From Escherichia coli (GTDB taxonomy: Bacteria > Bacillota_I > Bacilli_A > RFN20 > CAG-826): a DNA stretch of 64,000 nucleotides. Below, one piece after another: positions 49,499 through 59,676 of this stretch. Under the pieces are notes generated by a model. The model saw nothing but the letters and a program-made list of their open reading frames with translations. It was not told the DNA's origin and made no database searches. A program made the translations under genes and the position numbers. The DNA lies in NCBI GenBank assembly GCA_963630675.1, contig CAVGNR010000001.1:101807-165806 (forward strand). The letters run 5' to 3'. Each line of letters starts with the position of its first letter. The first letter of the stretch is position 1.

Positions 49499-50281
49499 TC
49501 AATCCTTTTTCGCTAGCTTTTTAGCCTCTTTCTTTGCCATTTTCTTGGCAATGTAGTCATCATATTCTTTTTTAGATTTCGCCATTGCTTCGCGAACCAT
49601 CGTATCAAATTCTTCTTTCTTAGAAGCAAAAGCAAAAACGAAATTAGAATGTTCTTTCTTTTCCTTTAAGTGATCCTTAAAAGACACTTTGAGTTTTTCC
49701 CAAGAGGCAATGGCTTTCGAGTTAGCGATGGCCTTACGAATCTTCGTAACCAGTTGCATCGAATAGCCAAAGTCCACTGCCGTAACCCCATAAAAGACGC
49801 CAATAGGGAAAGTAAGATAGAACCAATTGTTTGAAATAAATCCTGCGAATTTAACGAACAAAGGATTGCATAAATAGACATAAAGGGCCCCGCAAACAAG
49901 CCAAATCAAACTGAAAAGAGGGCAAATGATTCCCTGAATATTTCCGGGTCTCATGCTGTAATCCCAAAGTTTGATATGCATTCCTTTGATAAAAATGATG
50001 CCAGCAATATATTCGATGACAGTCATGAATAATCCTGCAGCAAATACTTCAATTAGAGTATTTAGCCAGGAAATAGAAGAAATATTTTGCCAAGGAATCA
50101 CATTGGCAAAGAAATAAAAACTTACCAAGCCAAAGCCATATAAAGGGACGATAGGTCCAACAAGAAAGCCAGGGTTAACCCAGCGTTTTTGCGAAATATA
50201 ACGGCGGAAAAAGAGTTCAATAATCCAACCACCTAATGCTCCTAAATAAAAAAGAGAGCTATAAACAATGAAGATTTCCAT
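49499..50281 (-). CDS. Membrane protein of the 'putative ABC-transporter type IV' family (PF06541-like)
   Basis: GGWIIELFFRRY...NPGFLVGPIVPLYGFG is typical of the family. Lys-rich C-terminal tail. Confidence 0.6.
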   Translation of the reverse strand: MEIFIVYSSLFYLGALGGWIIELFFRRYISQKRWVNPGFLVGPIVPLYGFGLVSFYFFANVIPWQNISSISWLNTLIEVFAAGLFMTVIEYIAGIIFIKGMHIKLWDYSMRPGNIQGIICPLFSLIWLVCGALYVYLCNPLFVKFAGFISNNWFYLTFPIGVFYGVTAVDFGYSMQLVTKIRKAIANSKAIASWEKLKVSFKDHLKEKKEHSNFVFAFASKKEEFDTMVREAMAKSKKEYDDYIAKKMAKKEAKKLAKKD

Positions 50282-50425
50282 GCTTCTATTATACGGGAGC
50301 GGACTTTTTTTACAAAATATCTTCTCCTAATCAAGAAAAACCCTTTATGGTCTTTTGAATTAAGGTTACAATAACCGAGGTAGGCATTTGCCTCACTGCT
50401 TTTTATTTACAAAGGACGTTTAAGT

Positions 50426-50899
50426 ATGAAAAAGAAATCAAATACAAAGGTTTTCTCCCTTCTTGTTGCGATTGCGGCTTTCGTCGCCATCATGTGTATG
50501 TTTGCCAATATCTTCTCGGAGAAAGTCGATTCTGGTGAAGGTAGCATTTTCGTTGCCATGTTTGGTATGCATAATAGCAGCTATAACGTTGTTTGGCCAA
50601 TCGTTGGCGGCTTTGTTGCATTAATCGTTTTGACCCTTGTTGGTCTTACTGGTTTTATTTTTGCTGATTCTGGCAAAAAAGTGATTCCTTTAATTGAATT
50701 GGTGCTTGGTGCTGGTGTTGGCATTTCTTTCTTCTTTGTTATTAATTTCTTCATTTCCAGCAACGGTTTCAATCCTGAAATTTTCTATGCTGCTCATTCT
50801 GAGATTTCTCTTGGCGCAGGAAGTATTTGCGTTATCGTCTTCTCTTTTATTGCTGCAGCATTAGCTCTCTTGAATCTTGTTGCCGATTCTAAAAAATAA
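50426..50899 (+). CDS. Hypothetical small membrane protein
   Basis: 157 aa with 4-5 TM segments. AAAGGA RBS region. No recognised family. Confidence 0.5.
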   Translation: MKKKSNTKVFSLLVAIAAFVAIMCMFANIFSEKVDSGEGSIFVAMFGMHNSSYNVVWPIVGGFVALIVLTLVGLTGFIFADSGKKVIPLIELVLGAGVGISFFFVINFFISSNGFNPEIFYAAHSEISLGAGSICVIVFSFIAAALALLNLVADSKK

Positions 50900-50915
50900 T
50901 TGCGAAATCGTCTTT

Positions 50916-50942
50916 AATCCCTCGTTAATGAGGGATTTTTTT
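50916..50942 (+). terminator. Rho-independent terminator overlapping the 3' end of vsr
   Basis: AATCCCTC, loop GTTAAT, GAGGGATT, followed by TTTTT. Confidence 0.7.
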
Positions 50943-51362
50943 ATAGCCTCTAGAAGCTAAAGCGGCTTCTATTTTTTCCACGCATCCTTCTAAGTCTTTA
51001 TTGATTTCATTGCCCCAGAAACGAAGAATTATATATCCTTCTTCTTCAAGTTTGGCATTTACTTCCTTATCACGCGCAATGTTTCTTTCGATTTTCGGGA
51101 TCCAATAATCTAAATGAGAATGAATTTTCTCTTTGTTTTCTTCAAAACGATATCCATGCCAAAACTCGGAATCACAAAAGACCACTACTTTATATTGTTT
51201 GAAAGAAATATCAGGATGTCCGAAGATGTATTTGGAATTGGCACGATAACGGTATCCACGTTTGTATAGTTCTTTACGGAGTTTCAATTCGATAGACGTG
51301 TCTTTCCCACGAATACGACTCATGGTGTAGGAGATAGTTGCTTCGGAACGAGGCTTATTCAT
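50925..51362 (-). CDS. vsr: Very-short-patch repair endonuclease
   Basis: MNKPRSEATISYTMSRIRGKDTSIELKLRKEL...GHPDISF...VVFCDSEFWHG matches the Vsr signature. The ATG at 51362 overlaps the upstream stop (ATGAATAA). The track ORF starts at 51416. Confidence 0.85.
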   Translation of the reverse strand: MNKPRSEATISYTMSRIRGKDTSIELKLRKELYKRGYRYRANSKYIFGHPDISFKQYKVVVFCDSEFWHGYRFEENKEKIHSHLDYWIPKIERNIARDKEVNAKLEEEGYIILRFWGNEINKDLEGCVEKIEAALASRGYKKIPH

Positions 51363-52146
51363 ATTTAATACGGCTTTTGATTTTACCTTCATAGGAACCA
51401 GCAAGGTAATAATCATCTTCTTCGTTTTGTGCGAAAGAATAGGTCGTGGAATATTCTTGAATAAGATTTCCAGTCATATACATCTCTAATTCTGATGCAG
51501 TTTCTGAATGATAGTTTTGTTGAAAGAAAAAGGAACCTGCATCAAAATTGCTGCCAGAAAAACCGATTCTTAAGTCATCGGATGCTTTAGAGGAAGTCTG
51601 AAAACCAACCAGGTGATTCTCTTTTTTATCGTTTTCATTCCCGACAGAATGAATCAAAGTACTGGCTTTATTTAAAAGACCATAAGAAACAGTTTTGATA
51701 TAGCTAGGGAAATCGCAGAATTGCCAATAAGCCTTAAACTTATCTTGTTTGATATCTTCAAGTTTATCGTCGTTTAATGAGACCATATAAGTCTTATCGG
51801 TGCGCGTAATAATCAATTTGGAGCTAACTAAATTTGTTTTCTTTCCTTCTTTGTTTTGATAATTGGTATGAATAGTTAAAGAATAAGGAGAGGCCGTATA
51901 TATGAAATCGTAGCTAGATTCTAGAAAGCGCGAATGAACGAGAACGGAAAGGACTCTTTCTTCAATGAGCGTGGAATGAAGCTGAATCCTTGAAAAAGAG
52001 GAATAATCTTTCTTTTTGACATCGTTTAGGGTGTTCGAAATAATCCCTTTGGCTTCTTCTTGGGTGATTGGATGAGAATAGGAGATCTCACAAGAAGCGA
52101 GTAAAGGAAGAAGGATAGAAGTTAAAATGAGTGACTTTCTTTTCAT
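51355..52146 (-). CDS. Lipoprotein, unknown function
   Basis: Signal peptide plus lipobox (LLASC). 263 aa. Confidence 0.6.
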   Translation of the reverse strand: MKRKSLILTSILLPLLASCEISYSHPITQEEAKGIISNTLNDVKKKDYSSFSRIQLHSTLIEERVLSVLVHSRFLESSYDFIYTASPYSLTIHTNYQNKEGKKTNLVSSKLIITRTDKTYMVSLNDDKLEDIKQDKFKAYWQFCDFPSYIKTVSYGLLNKASTLIHSVGNENDKKENHLVGFQTSSKASDDLRIGFSGSNFDAGSFFFQQNYHSETASELEMYMTGNLIQEYSTTYSFAQNEEDDYYLAGSYEGKIKSRIKYE

Positions 52147-52148
52147 CG

Positions 52149-53885
52149 TTAATTAAATTGAGCGTTATAGAGGTTATAGTAGAAACCTTCTTTGGCAATC
52201 AATTCCTTATGATTGCCCGTCTCAATGATTTTCCCATCTTTTAAGACGACAATCAAATCGCTTGAGACAATGGTCGATAAACGGTGGGCAACAACAAGAG
52301 AGGTCTTTCCTTCCATAAGCTTATCGAAGGCTTCCGAAAGAAGTTTTTCCGTACGGACGTCGATATTCGATGTTGCTTCATCAAGAATGACAATTTCTGG
52401 TTCTAAGAGCATCACTCTAGCTACACATATGAGCTGTTTCTCACCAACGGATAAGCCAGAACTATCGCTAATTCGCGTATCATACCCTTGTGGAAGACGT
52501 TCAATGAAGTGGGCAGCCTGCGCTTTTTTGGCAGCTTCCTCTACTTCTTCTCTGCTAGCGCCTTCTTTTGCATAGGCAATGTTTTCAAAAACCGTTCCAT
52601 TAAATATCCAGGTATCTTGCAAGACCATTCCAATATGAGAACGGAACGCCGCCTTTTCTAAATTCTGAGTGGATTTATGATTAGCAAAGAAAGCACCTTT
52701 TTGAGGATCATAGAATCTCATCAAAAGATTAATGAGCGTTGTTTTGCCACATCCGGTAGGGCCAACGAAAGCGATCTTATGCCCCTTATAGATATCTAAA
52801 GAGAAGTCTTTGATGATATCTCTTTTGCCATCGTAGGAAAAAGTAATGTCTTTCGCCTCAAGATTGTCAATACTTCCAGGAATGACTTCTTTACCGTTAT
52901 TGATATCTTTTTTGCCATGGATTGTTTCATCGATTCTTTGAAAAGAGGCGAGAGCGTAGTCGATTTCCGAGACAACGTTGGATATTTCATTAAATGGCTG
53001 CATATAGGAAGAAGCGTAGGTTAAGAAGGCGGAAAGATCGCCAACCGCGAAAGCACTTAATCCTAAATTCGTAGGGTTTTCAATAATAAGGACGGCACCG
53101 ATTAGCACCAAAGCGGCATTGATTAAGGCATTGACTAAACGAGTTGAAGGATTGATTGTCGAAGCACCTAGATTCGCTTTAAAGGTGGATTTACGGAACT
53201 CGTCGCTTAATTCATTAAATTGATCAATACGGTCTTTGGCAATATTCAATGTGGCAACCGCTTCCGAATTCGTAAGGCTTTCTGAGACAAAAGAGTTAAC
53301 CATTCCTTGCGCCGTTCTTTGTTTACGGAAATGCTTGCTGTTAAATTTAGAAACAAAACGAGAAACGAAGATAGAAATTGGAGTAAGGCCCACGACCACC
53401 AAGCCAAGAATCCAGTTTAAAGTAAACATAAATACGAGGGTGATGAGAATCGAGATAATCCCATCATAGAAAGCAGCAAATCCGCTTACCAATCCCGTTT
53501 GAACATTTTCCACATCGTTTACAAGACGAAGAAGAAGGTCACCCTTTCTTGATTGGTCAATGGAAGAAATAGGCGACTCTAATGTTGCTTTAAAGAGTTC
53601 GTTACGAATGTTTTTAATAACTCTTTGACCTACCAAATAGGTAATGTAGTCGAAAACATAGCGAAAAAGAGTTCCAATGACAAGGAAGAGGGCCATTATA
53701 AGGAAATAGCCTGAAAGATCTAATTCATGAAGGGGTGTATCCTTCATGAGGTTTACGCATTTACCAGCAAGGAAAGGGATGAATAACTTAGAACCGGTCG
53801 CCAATAAGGCGCAGAATAAGGAAATGGAGACTAAAAAGTAAGATCCTTTGACATAAGGGATGAATGATTTAAATTTCTTAATCAT
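52149..53885 (-). CDS. ABC exporter, fused permease/ATPase (canonical Walker B, non-canonical signature)
   Basis: 578 aa. Walker A GPTGCGKTT, signature LSVGEKQ, Walker B VILDEATS. Confidence 0.9.
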   Translation of the reverse strand: MIKKFKSFIPYVKGSYFLVSISLFCALLATGSKLFIPFLAGKCVNLMKDTPLHELDLSGYFLIMALFLVIGTLFRYVFDYITYLVGQRVIKNIRNELFKATLESPISSIDQSRKGDLLLRLVNDVENVQTGLVSGFAAFYDGIISILITLVFMFTLNWILGLVVVGLTPISIFVSRFVSKFNSKHFRKQRTAQGMVNSFVSESLTNSEAVATLNIAKDRIDQFNELSDEFRKSTFKANLGASTINPSTRLVNALINAALVLIGAVLIIENPTNLGLSAFAVGDLSAFLTYASSYMQPFNEISNVVSEIDYALASFQRIDETIHGKKDINNGKEVIPGSIDNLEAKDITFSYDGKRDIIKDFSLDIYKGHKIAFVGPTGCGKTTLINLLMRFYDPQKGAFFANHKSTQNLEKAAFRSHIGMVLQDTWIFNGTVFENIAYAKEGASREEVEEAAKKAQAAHFIERLPQGYDTRISDSSGLSVGEKQLICVARVMLLEPEIVILDEATSNIDVRTEKLLSEAFDKLMEGKTSLVVAHRLSTIVSSDLIVVLKDGKIIETGNHKELIAKEGFYYNLYNAQFN

Positions 53886-53887
53886 AA

Positions 53888-55645
53888 TTATGCCCCCTTC
53901 CTTTGCATCTCATAGATTTCTTGATAGACAGGGCAAGTTTTTAGGAGTTCTTCGTGCTTTCCCTGAGCAATGATTCTTCCTTTGTCATAGACAAGAATCA
54001 AATCACAGTCTTTTAAAGAGCCAGCGCGTTGGGAAATAATGATTTTCGTTAAGCCCTGAATCAAAGAAATATTGTGTCTAACTTGTTGGTCAGAAAGATA
54101 ATCCAAAGCGGAAGTTGAATCGTCTAGAATAAGCAAGTCTCCTCCTTTTAGAATGGCTCTTGCAATCAAAAGACGCTGTTTTTGACCGCCAGAAAGATTT
54201 GCCCCGCCCTCTTCTACTTCATGATCAAGGAAATCATCGTACTTAGAAACATATTCAAAAGCTAAAGATTCTTTTAAAGCGTGGATAAGTTCTTCTTCGC
54301 TCGCGTCCTTTTTAGCCAAAAGAAGGTTCGAACGAATACTTCCTTTGAAAATGGATGGCTTTTGAGAGACAAGAGAGATTTCTTTTCTTAAATCATCCAG
54401 GTCATATTCATCCAAAGGTCTTCCATGATAGAAGATTTTCCCTTGTGTTGGCTCATATAATCTTTCTAGCAAAGAAATCGTTGTGGATTTACCTGAGCCA
54501 GTTCCGCCAATTAAGCCAACCCATGAGCCTTCTTTGATTTCAAAGGAAAGGTCAGAAACAGCGTTCTTATCTCCCACCTTACCATAGGTGAGGGAGACAT
54601 CTTGGAAAGAAATATACGCTTTCGAAGGATCTTGATCCTCTTTGTGATATTTTTTCATATTATGAATAGCTGGTTCATAAACGAAGAAATCATCGATACG
54701 TTTCTTGGAAGCACCGGCTTTATTTAAAGAAACGATGAGTCTTTGTACGGACATAAGAGCCGCTAAAGAAGAAGTAAGGTAAGAAATTAAAGAAACGAGC
54801 TCACCGATACTGACGAACCCAGCAGAAGAATTCTCATCTAAAACACCGAAATGGTATTCTAAGAAAACCACAAGCACCATGCCTAAGTTCACAAAGAAGA
54901 AAGTGAATGGGTTTAGCAAAGAATTATATACGGCCATACCCATGTTTTTCTTTTCATATGTGTCGACGGATTGGCCAAATTTCTTCATTTCGTATTCTTG
55001 CTTATTGAAGGCACGAATTGGTCTAGCACCTTGTAAAGCGTCGTTAGAAAGAAGAGATATCTCATCTAAGTTTGCTTGAATGGCTGCATATTTCTTAGGA
55101 GAAACAAGCATGATAAGGCCAATAATTGCTCCAGAGAAAATAATGGCGGCCAAGAAAATAAGGCCACTTCTCCAGTCAATCACAAAGGAAAGAATGGTCG
55201 CACCGGTTAAAAGGAAAGGTGGACGGAAAATAAAACGCATGAAAATCATCACGCCGTTTTGCATCGAAAAAACGTCGTTAGAAAGCAAGGTAAGAAGTTT
55301 TTGCTTTCCATAGGAATTCAAATCTGATTCAGAAAGTTCAGCAACATGAGCATAAATGTCTCGCCTTAAATCATAGGAATAGTCCGCCGAAACGCGAGCT
55401 GCCCAATATTGTCCAAACATTGTAAAGCCAAAGCCAAGAAAAGCCAAAGCGAAGACAATAAGAGATAATTTGATTGTCAAATCAAGGTTGTTTTTAGCAA
55501 TGCCGTCGTCAATGATGTAGCGAACAACGAAAGGCGTCGCCAATTCCATTAAACATTCTAGAAGTTTCACGCTTGGGCAAAGGAAAACCTTAAAGTATTT
55601 CCCTTTTAAAGCACTAAGTGCTGTTTTTTTGTTTTCTTTTCTCAT
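53888..55645 (-). CDS. ABC exporter, fused permease/ATPase (degenerate Walker B Glu-to-Asp)
   Basis: 585 aa. Walker A GGTGSGKST, signature LSGGQKQR, Walker B LLILDDSTS. Confidence 0.9.
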   Translation of the reverse strand: MRKENKKTALSALKGKYFKVFLCPSVKLLECLMELATPFVVRYIIDDGIAKNNLDLTIKLSLIVFALAFLGFGFTMFGQYWAARVSADYSYDLRRDIYAHVAELSESDLNSYGKQKLLTLLSNDVFSMQNGVMIFMRFIFRPPFLLTGATILSFVIDWRSGLIFLAAIIFSGAIIGLIMLVSPKKYAAIQANLDEISLLSNDALQGARPIRAFNKQEYEMKKFGQSVDTYEKKNMGMAVYNSLLNPFTFFFVNLGMVLVVFLEYHFGVLDENSSAGFVSIGELVSLISYLTSSLAALMSVQRLIVSLNKAGASKKRIDDFFVYEPAIHNMKKYHKEDQDPSKAYISFQDVSLTYGKVGDKNAVSDLSFEIKEGSWVGLIGGTGSGKSTTISLLERLYEPTQGKIFYHGRPLDEYDLDDLRKEISLVSQKPSIFKGSIRSNLLLAKKDASEEELIHALKESLAFEYVSKYDDFLDHEVEEGGANLSGGQKQRLLIARAILKGGDLLILDDSTSALDYLSDQQVRHNISLIQGLTKIIISQRAGSLKDCDLILVYDKGRIIAQGKHEELLKTCPVYQEIYEMQRKGA

Positions 55646-55648
55646 AAA

Positions 55649-57016
55649 TTAGGCCTTTTTTGAATCATCGATTTCTGTTTGTTCAGTATGATCAAAATGG
55701 ATTTCTCCTATAACTTCGAAGGGATTGTTAAAGGTGTTGATGAAACGAATGTTTTTCTCACCATCTCCTACGATGCGGTTATATGCTTTCCCTTCTTGAA
55801 AACCGCTTATGCCAACAACATGGTCAAAATTCCAAGTGATATCTCCATCCACAAAACCGCAGAAAAGATTAGGAATATCCACGATCAATGGTGAATGGGG
55901 GCAACTAACGGTAAGCGAAAAAGTTTGATTATCTTCGTCAAAATCTCCTGGATGTATAACGTAAGGGATATATAAATCATAGACGTCTTTTGTTCCACCA
56001 TAGCAAACAAGAGAACTAAGGAATGTGTCTAAATCGAAAAGAGGTTCTCCTTTTTGAAATTCCATTTCTTTTGAAAGGGCGTTTAATTTTCTCGAAACGG
56101 ATTTACTCTCCGCGAGAAATTCGCCACGAAGGGAATTGTTATTTTTTAAAAGGGTGAAACCATAATTTGCATAAAGATAAAGACGAAGGGCTTCCATAAT
56201 GTCCTTCTCCACCCCATATCCTTTTTCGTAGGCTTTTGCTAAACGGTAGCAAAGGGAGGAGAATGGGCCCGCTTCTTTTGTATCGCCCATTGTGAAACGA
56301 GCATAGGTTTCGGAAAAAGCCTCAAGAAGAATCTTGCAAGCAAAAGGTCTATCTCTTTCCACAGCATAAGCATTCATATAGCAATCCGAAAAATGAAGAA
56401 GACCCTGTAACGAACCTAAGCTCATGGCTTTCGCATAATTATCAAAAGCGGATGCGTAAGCGCCGAGTTTTTCTTCTACAACGCCAAGACGGGTAAGTGC
56501 TTCATCATCAAAGCGAAGCAATGGCGTCGAATACCAGGAAGCGGCAGCTTGAAGATCAGGTTTCATCGTTTCCGTTCCAAATTCAAAAAACTCGCCAATA
56601 AAGAAAGCGGCGTCAGGATTTCCCATACGAGTTTCAAATTCTAAGTATCGAAGATAAATATTTTCGGAAATCAAATTATGAGGAATCTTTCCTTGACGAT
56701 AGGAAAAAACATAACGGTTAACAGCGTCCGGATGTTCCCTCATATATTCTTCACCATAATAGGTGTCATGAAGTTCCTTTATAGTAGCAAAATCTAAAGT
56801 ATATCCAGAAGCGTCACCTACTACCGCATCCGTACCACAAATAGGACAAAGTGCATTCATGTGATTATTTTTATCACTCGTCCAATCGCTCACCGTTCTT
56901 GCGCCAAAGGTTTGAAAACAGCAAAGACAAGTACATTTTTTTGATTGAAGAATGTCCAATTCATTGTCCTTTGTGTGCTTGTAAATATCAGGAAATTGTT
57001 CTTTCGTATATTTCAT
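55649..57016 (-). CDS. Cytoplasmic protein: N-terminal Cys-rich zinc-ribbon, central Sel1/TPR-like helical repeats, unknown C-terminal domain
   Basis: 455 aa with CTCLCC...CPICG at the N-terminus. Repeated A-x-x-Y/W-Y-x-x-A-type helical pairs. The stop lies 3 nt before the ABC gene start. Confidence 0.45.
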   Translation of the reverse strand: MKYTKEQFPDIYKHTKDNELDILQSKKCTCLCCFQTFGARTVSDWTSDKNNHMNALCPICGTDAVVGDASGYTLDFATIKELHDTYYGEEYMREHPDAVNRYVFSYRQGKIPHNLISENIYLRYLEFETRMGNPDAAFFIGEFFEFGTETMKPDLQAAASWYSTPLLRFDDEALTRLGVVEEKLGAYASAFDNYAKAMSLGSLQGLLHFSDCYMNAYAVERDRPFACKILLEAFSETYARFTMGDTKEAGPFSSLCYRLAKAYEKGYGVEKDIMEALRLYLYANYGFTLLKNNNSLRGEFLAESKSVSRKLNALSKEMEFQKGEPLFDLDTFLSSLVCYGGTKDVYDLYIPYVIHPGDFDEDNQTFSLTVSCPHSPLIVDIPNLFCGFVDGDITWNFDHVVGISGFQEGKAYNRIVGDGEKNIRFINTFNNPFEVIGEIHFDHTEQTEIDDSKKA

Positions 57017-57121
57017 GGTGTATAGTTTAATCCTTTATCTATGATAAAGCAAAAGCTGAAACGGGCCCTTTAAAAAGTTTAAATATCGCTAAAAGACCTT
57101 TTATTATAAAATCTTAAAGAA

Positions 57122-58060
57122 ATGGCAAAATGGAACGATTCTAAAATTGCTCAATTGGCAAAAAGAGAAAGAAAAAACAGGATCTTCGAAATCGATTTTC
57201 TTCGCGGATTTGATTTGATTCTAATGATTGCCGTCCATTTTTGTTTTGCCGCTTCTTTTAGTGGAATAATGGGCATTCTTTTTGATCGTTTTAGCGTCCA
57301 AAACGGAACGGTTGAAGCCATGAACGGTTTTTGTGAAAACGTTTTTTGGGGGATTGTGAACTCTTCTGGTACAGCAAATCCTTTTGGACCTGGGTCATTT
57401 CATCTACTCTTTTTAGAGATTTTCTTCTCGGGATTGTTTGTTTTTCTTTCTGGAATTTCATGTTCTTTTACGAGGAACAATGCGAAACGTGCCATTCAGT
57501 TAGCCTATGTCTCTGAGATGTTGACCGTTGTTTTGATTTTCGCAAGTTTCTTAGCCAAAAACTTCTTTGGAATGGGGGACGATAATACCCCTGCTATTTG
57601 TATTATCTGCGGTATCTTGCATGCCATTGCTATCGCTCTTCTTGCTTATTCGTTATTTGACCATTTCTTTCCGAAATTCCATCAAACTTTTATCGCGGCC
57701 ATCGTTCTTTCTATTTTGGCTATCATTACTGCCTATTTTTACGCTAGCCCAGAAACCGGAGAGATTTACTCCGCTTCTTTACCAAAGGATTGGTGGAAAA
57801 TTCTTTTAGGTTTAGCGCGATATGGGGATGATTATTTCTCGCCCATCCAAGTAAGTGCAACTCTTTTCCTCGGTGCTTCCTTTGGCAAACTCTTTTATCG
57901 AAAGAAGAAATCTTTATTGCCCGCTTCTTTCCCCATTACCTGGGCAAAGCCAATTCTCTTTATAGGAAGACATTCTCTTATCATTTACATCTGTCATCAA
58001 CCTTTTATGTATCTGCTTTTAATAGTTGTCTATCTTCTTTGTGGTTATAAAATAGCGTAG
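57122..58060 (+). CDS. DUF1624 / heparan-alpha-glucosaminide N-acetyltransferase-like membrane acyltransferase
   Basis: 312-aa polytopic protein with an N-terminal RIFEIDFLRGFDLILMI motif. Confidence 0.6.
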   Translation: MAKWNDSKIAQLAKRERKNRIFEIDFLRGFDLILMIAVHFCFAASFSGIMGILFDRFSVQNGTVEAMNGFCENVFWGIVNSSGTANPFGPGSFHLLFLEIFFSGLFVFLSGISCSFTRNNAKRAIQLAYVSEMLTVVLIFASFLAKNFFGMGDDNTPAICIICGILHAIAIALLAYSLFDHFFPKFHQTFIAAIVLSILAIITAYFYASPETGEIYSASLPKDWWKILLGLARYGDDYFSPIQVSATLFLGASFGKLFYRKKKSLLPASFPITWAKPILFIGRHSLIIYICHQPFMYLLLIVVYLLCGYKIA

Positions 58061-58067
58061 GAAAGTT

Positions 58068-59603
58068 ATGGAAAAAAGCATTTACGATCAGTTTCATGAA
58101 ACAGCGGAGAAGTTCCCGCGTAATCTTTGCATCCGTTTCGAGAATAAGACTTTAAATTATCGCCAATTTGATTCTCGAATCAGACAAACAGCCAGGAAAT
58201 TGCTTGCTTTAGGCATACAGCCAAAAGACGTTGTTTCCGTTTCGATTCCAAATTGTATCGAAGCAGCAGAACTTTTCTATGCCATTTCTTATATTGGCGC
58301 CATTTCCTATAACATTCACCCATTAACTCCTCCTGAGACTTTAAAAAGATTCATGGATCGCGCCCATTCGAAATATCTTTTTTGCCTTTGGAATACTGGT
58401 TTTAAGAACCGCGATTATTTTCCACAAGACTATACGATTGTAGGAATTAACCCTTACATCCACATTAACTCTTTGAAATCCTCCTATTTCCGTGCCGTAG
58501 GAAGAAAAAGGAACGGTCTTTTACGTTACCACAAGCTTGCTAAGATGAAAGATAAAGACCTTGCCCCTTATCATCCAGATGAAAACGATGACGCTATATA
58601 TCTCAATACGGGTGGCACCAATGGTGAGCCGAAAATCGTTCGTATCTCCTCTAAATCCATCAATTATCTTGGTAGCGTATCCTACCAATTGATTGGAGGG
58701 CCTTATGAAAACATTAAGCTGTTTGCAGCCATTCCTCTTTTCCACATCTTTGGTTTAGGGATGGGATTAGTTACTCCTCTTTCTTTTGGCGGATCGACCG
58801 TATTAATGTTGAAGTTCAATACAAAAGAGGCGATACACTATATCAAAAAGGGTCAAACAAATACGTTGTTAGGTGTTCCTGCAATCTATAACGCTCTTTT
58901 AAATAAGAGGCAATTCTATGGCGATTTCCTTAAGAAACAATTAATTGCGTATGTAGGTGGAGATGCCATATCGCAGACCTTGTTAGACAATTGGAATACC
59001 ACGATGAAAATCTTTGGAAGCGAAGCAAGGCTTTATCAAGGATACGGTTCGACAGAAGGCATGGTTTGCATGGTCAATACGAGTTTTAAGCGTTCCCGGA
59101 AAGGCTCTATCGGAAAACCTCAGCCTGGAGAAATGGTCAAAATCATGGGGCAAGATGGAAAAGAGCTTCCTGTAGGAGAATCTGGGGAAATTTGGATATC
59201 TGGACCGATGACGATGAATGGATATCTTAACGATGAGGAAAGCACCAAAAAAGTTCTAACGGAAGACGAAAAAGGCAGAATTTGGCTTCATAGTGGCGAT
59301 TACGGCTATATGGATGAGGATGGCTTTGTCTATTTCCGCCAACGTTTGAAACGTGTCGTGAAGATAAACGGCGAAACCCTTTGCCCAGCAGATGTTGAAA
59401 ATAGCATTCTCGAAATGCCTGAGATTTATTCCGCTTATTGTTATGGCGTTGCTAATGAAAGAAAAGGTCAGGTTTTCCGTGTGGCGGCCGTAACCCGTAA
59501 AGGAAAGGATCAAGTTAGCGACGAGGAAGCAAAACGTTTGATTTTGCAAAGATCAAATCTTCCTTACTTCCTGCTTATATGCCAGATAAAGTCATTATCA
59601 TGA
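58068..59603 (+). CDS. AMP-dependent synthetase/ligase (acyl-CoA ligase family), C-terminus apparently frameshifted
   Basis: Adenylation motifs (YLNTGGTNGEPK, GYGSTEG, SGDYGYMDEDG). The conserved A10 end (LPRTPVGKI) is in another frame and runs to 59680 (see findings). Confidence 0.8.
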   Translation: MEKSIYDQFHETAEKFPRNLCIRFENKTLNYRQFDSRIRQTARKLLALGIQPKDVVSVSIPNCIEAAELFYAISYIGAISYNIHPLTPPETLKRFMDRAHSKYLFCLWNTGFKNRDYFPQDYTIVGINPYIHINSLKSSYFRAVGRKRNGLLRYHKLAKMKDKDLAPYHPDENDDAIYLNTGGTNGEPKIVRISSKSINYLGSVSYQLIGGPYENIKLFAAIPLFHIFGLGMGLVTPLSFGGSTVLMLKFNTKEAIHYIKKGQTNTLLGVPAIYNALLNKRQFYGDFLKKQLIAYVGGDAISQTLLDNWNTTMKIFGSEARLYQGYGSTEGMVCMVNTSFKRSRKGSIGKPQPGEMVKIMGQDGKELPVGESGEIWISGPMTMNGYLNDEESTKKVLTEDEKGRIWLHSGDYGYMDEDGFVYFRQRLKRVVKINGETLCPADVENSILEMPEIYSAYCYGVANERKGQVFRVAAVTRKGKDQVSDEEAKRLILQRSNLPYFLLICQIKSLS

Positions 59604-59676
59604 AAGAATTGCCACGTACACCAGTTGGCAAAATTAATGCAAAATTCTTCGAAGATCATCCTGATCCAGAAGAGAA

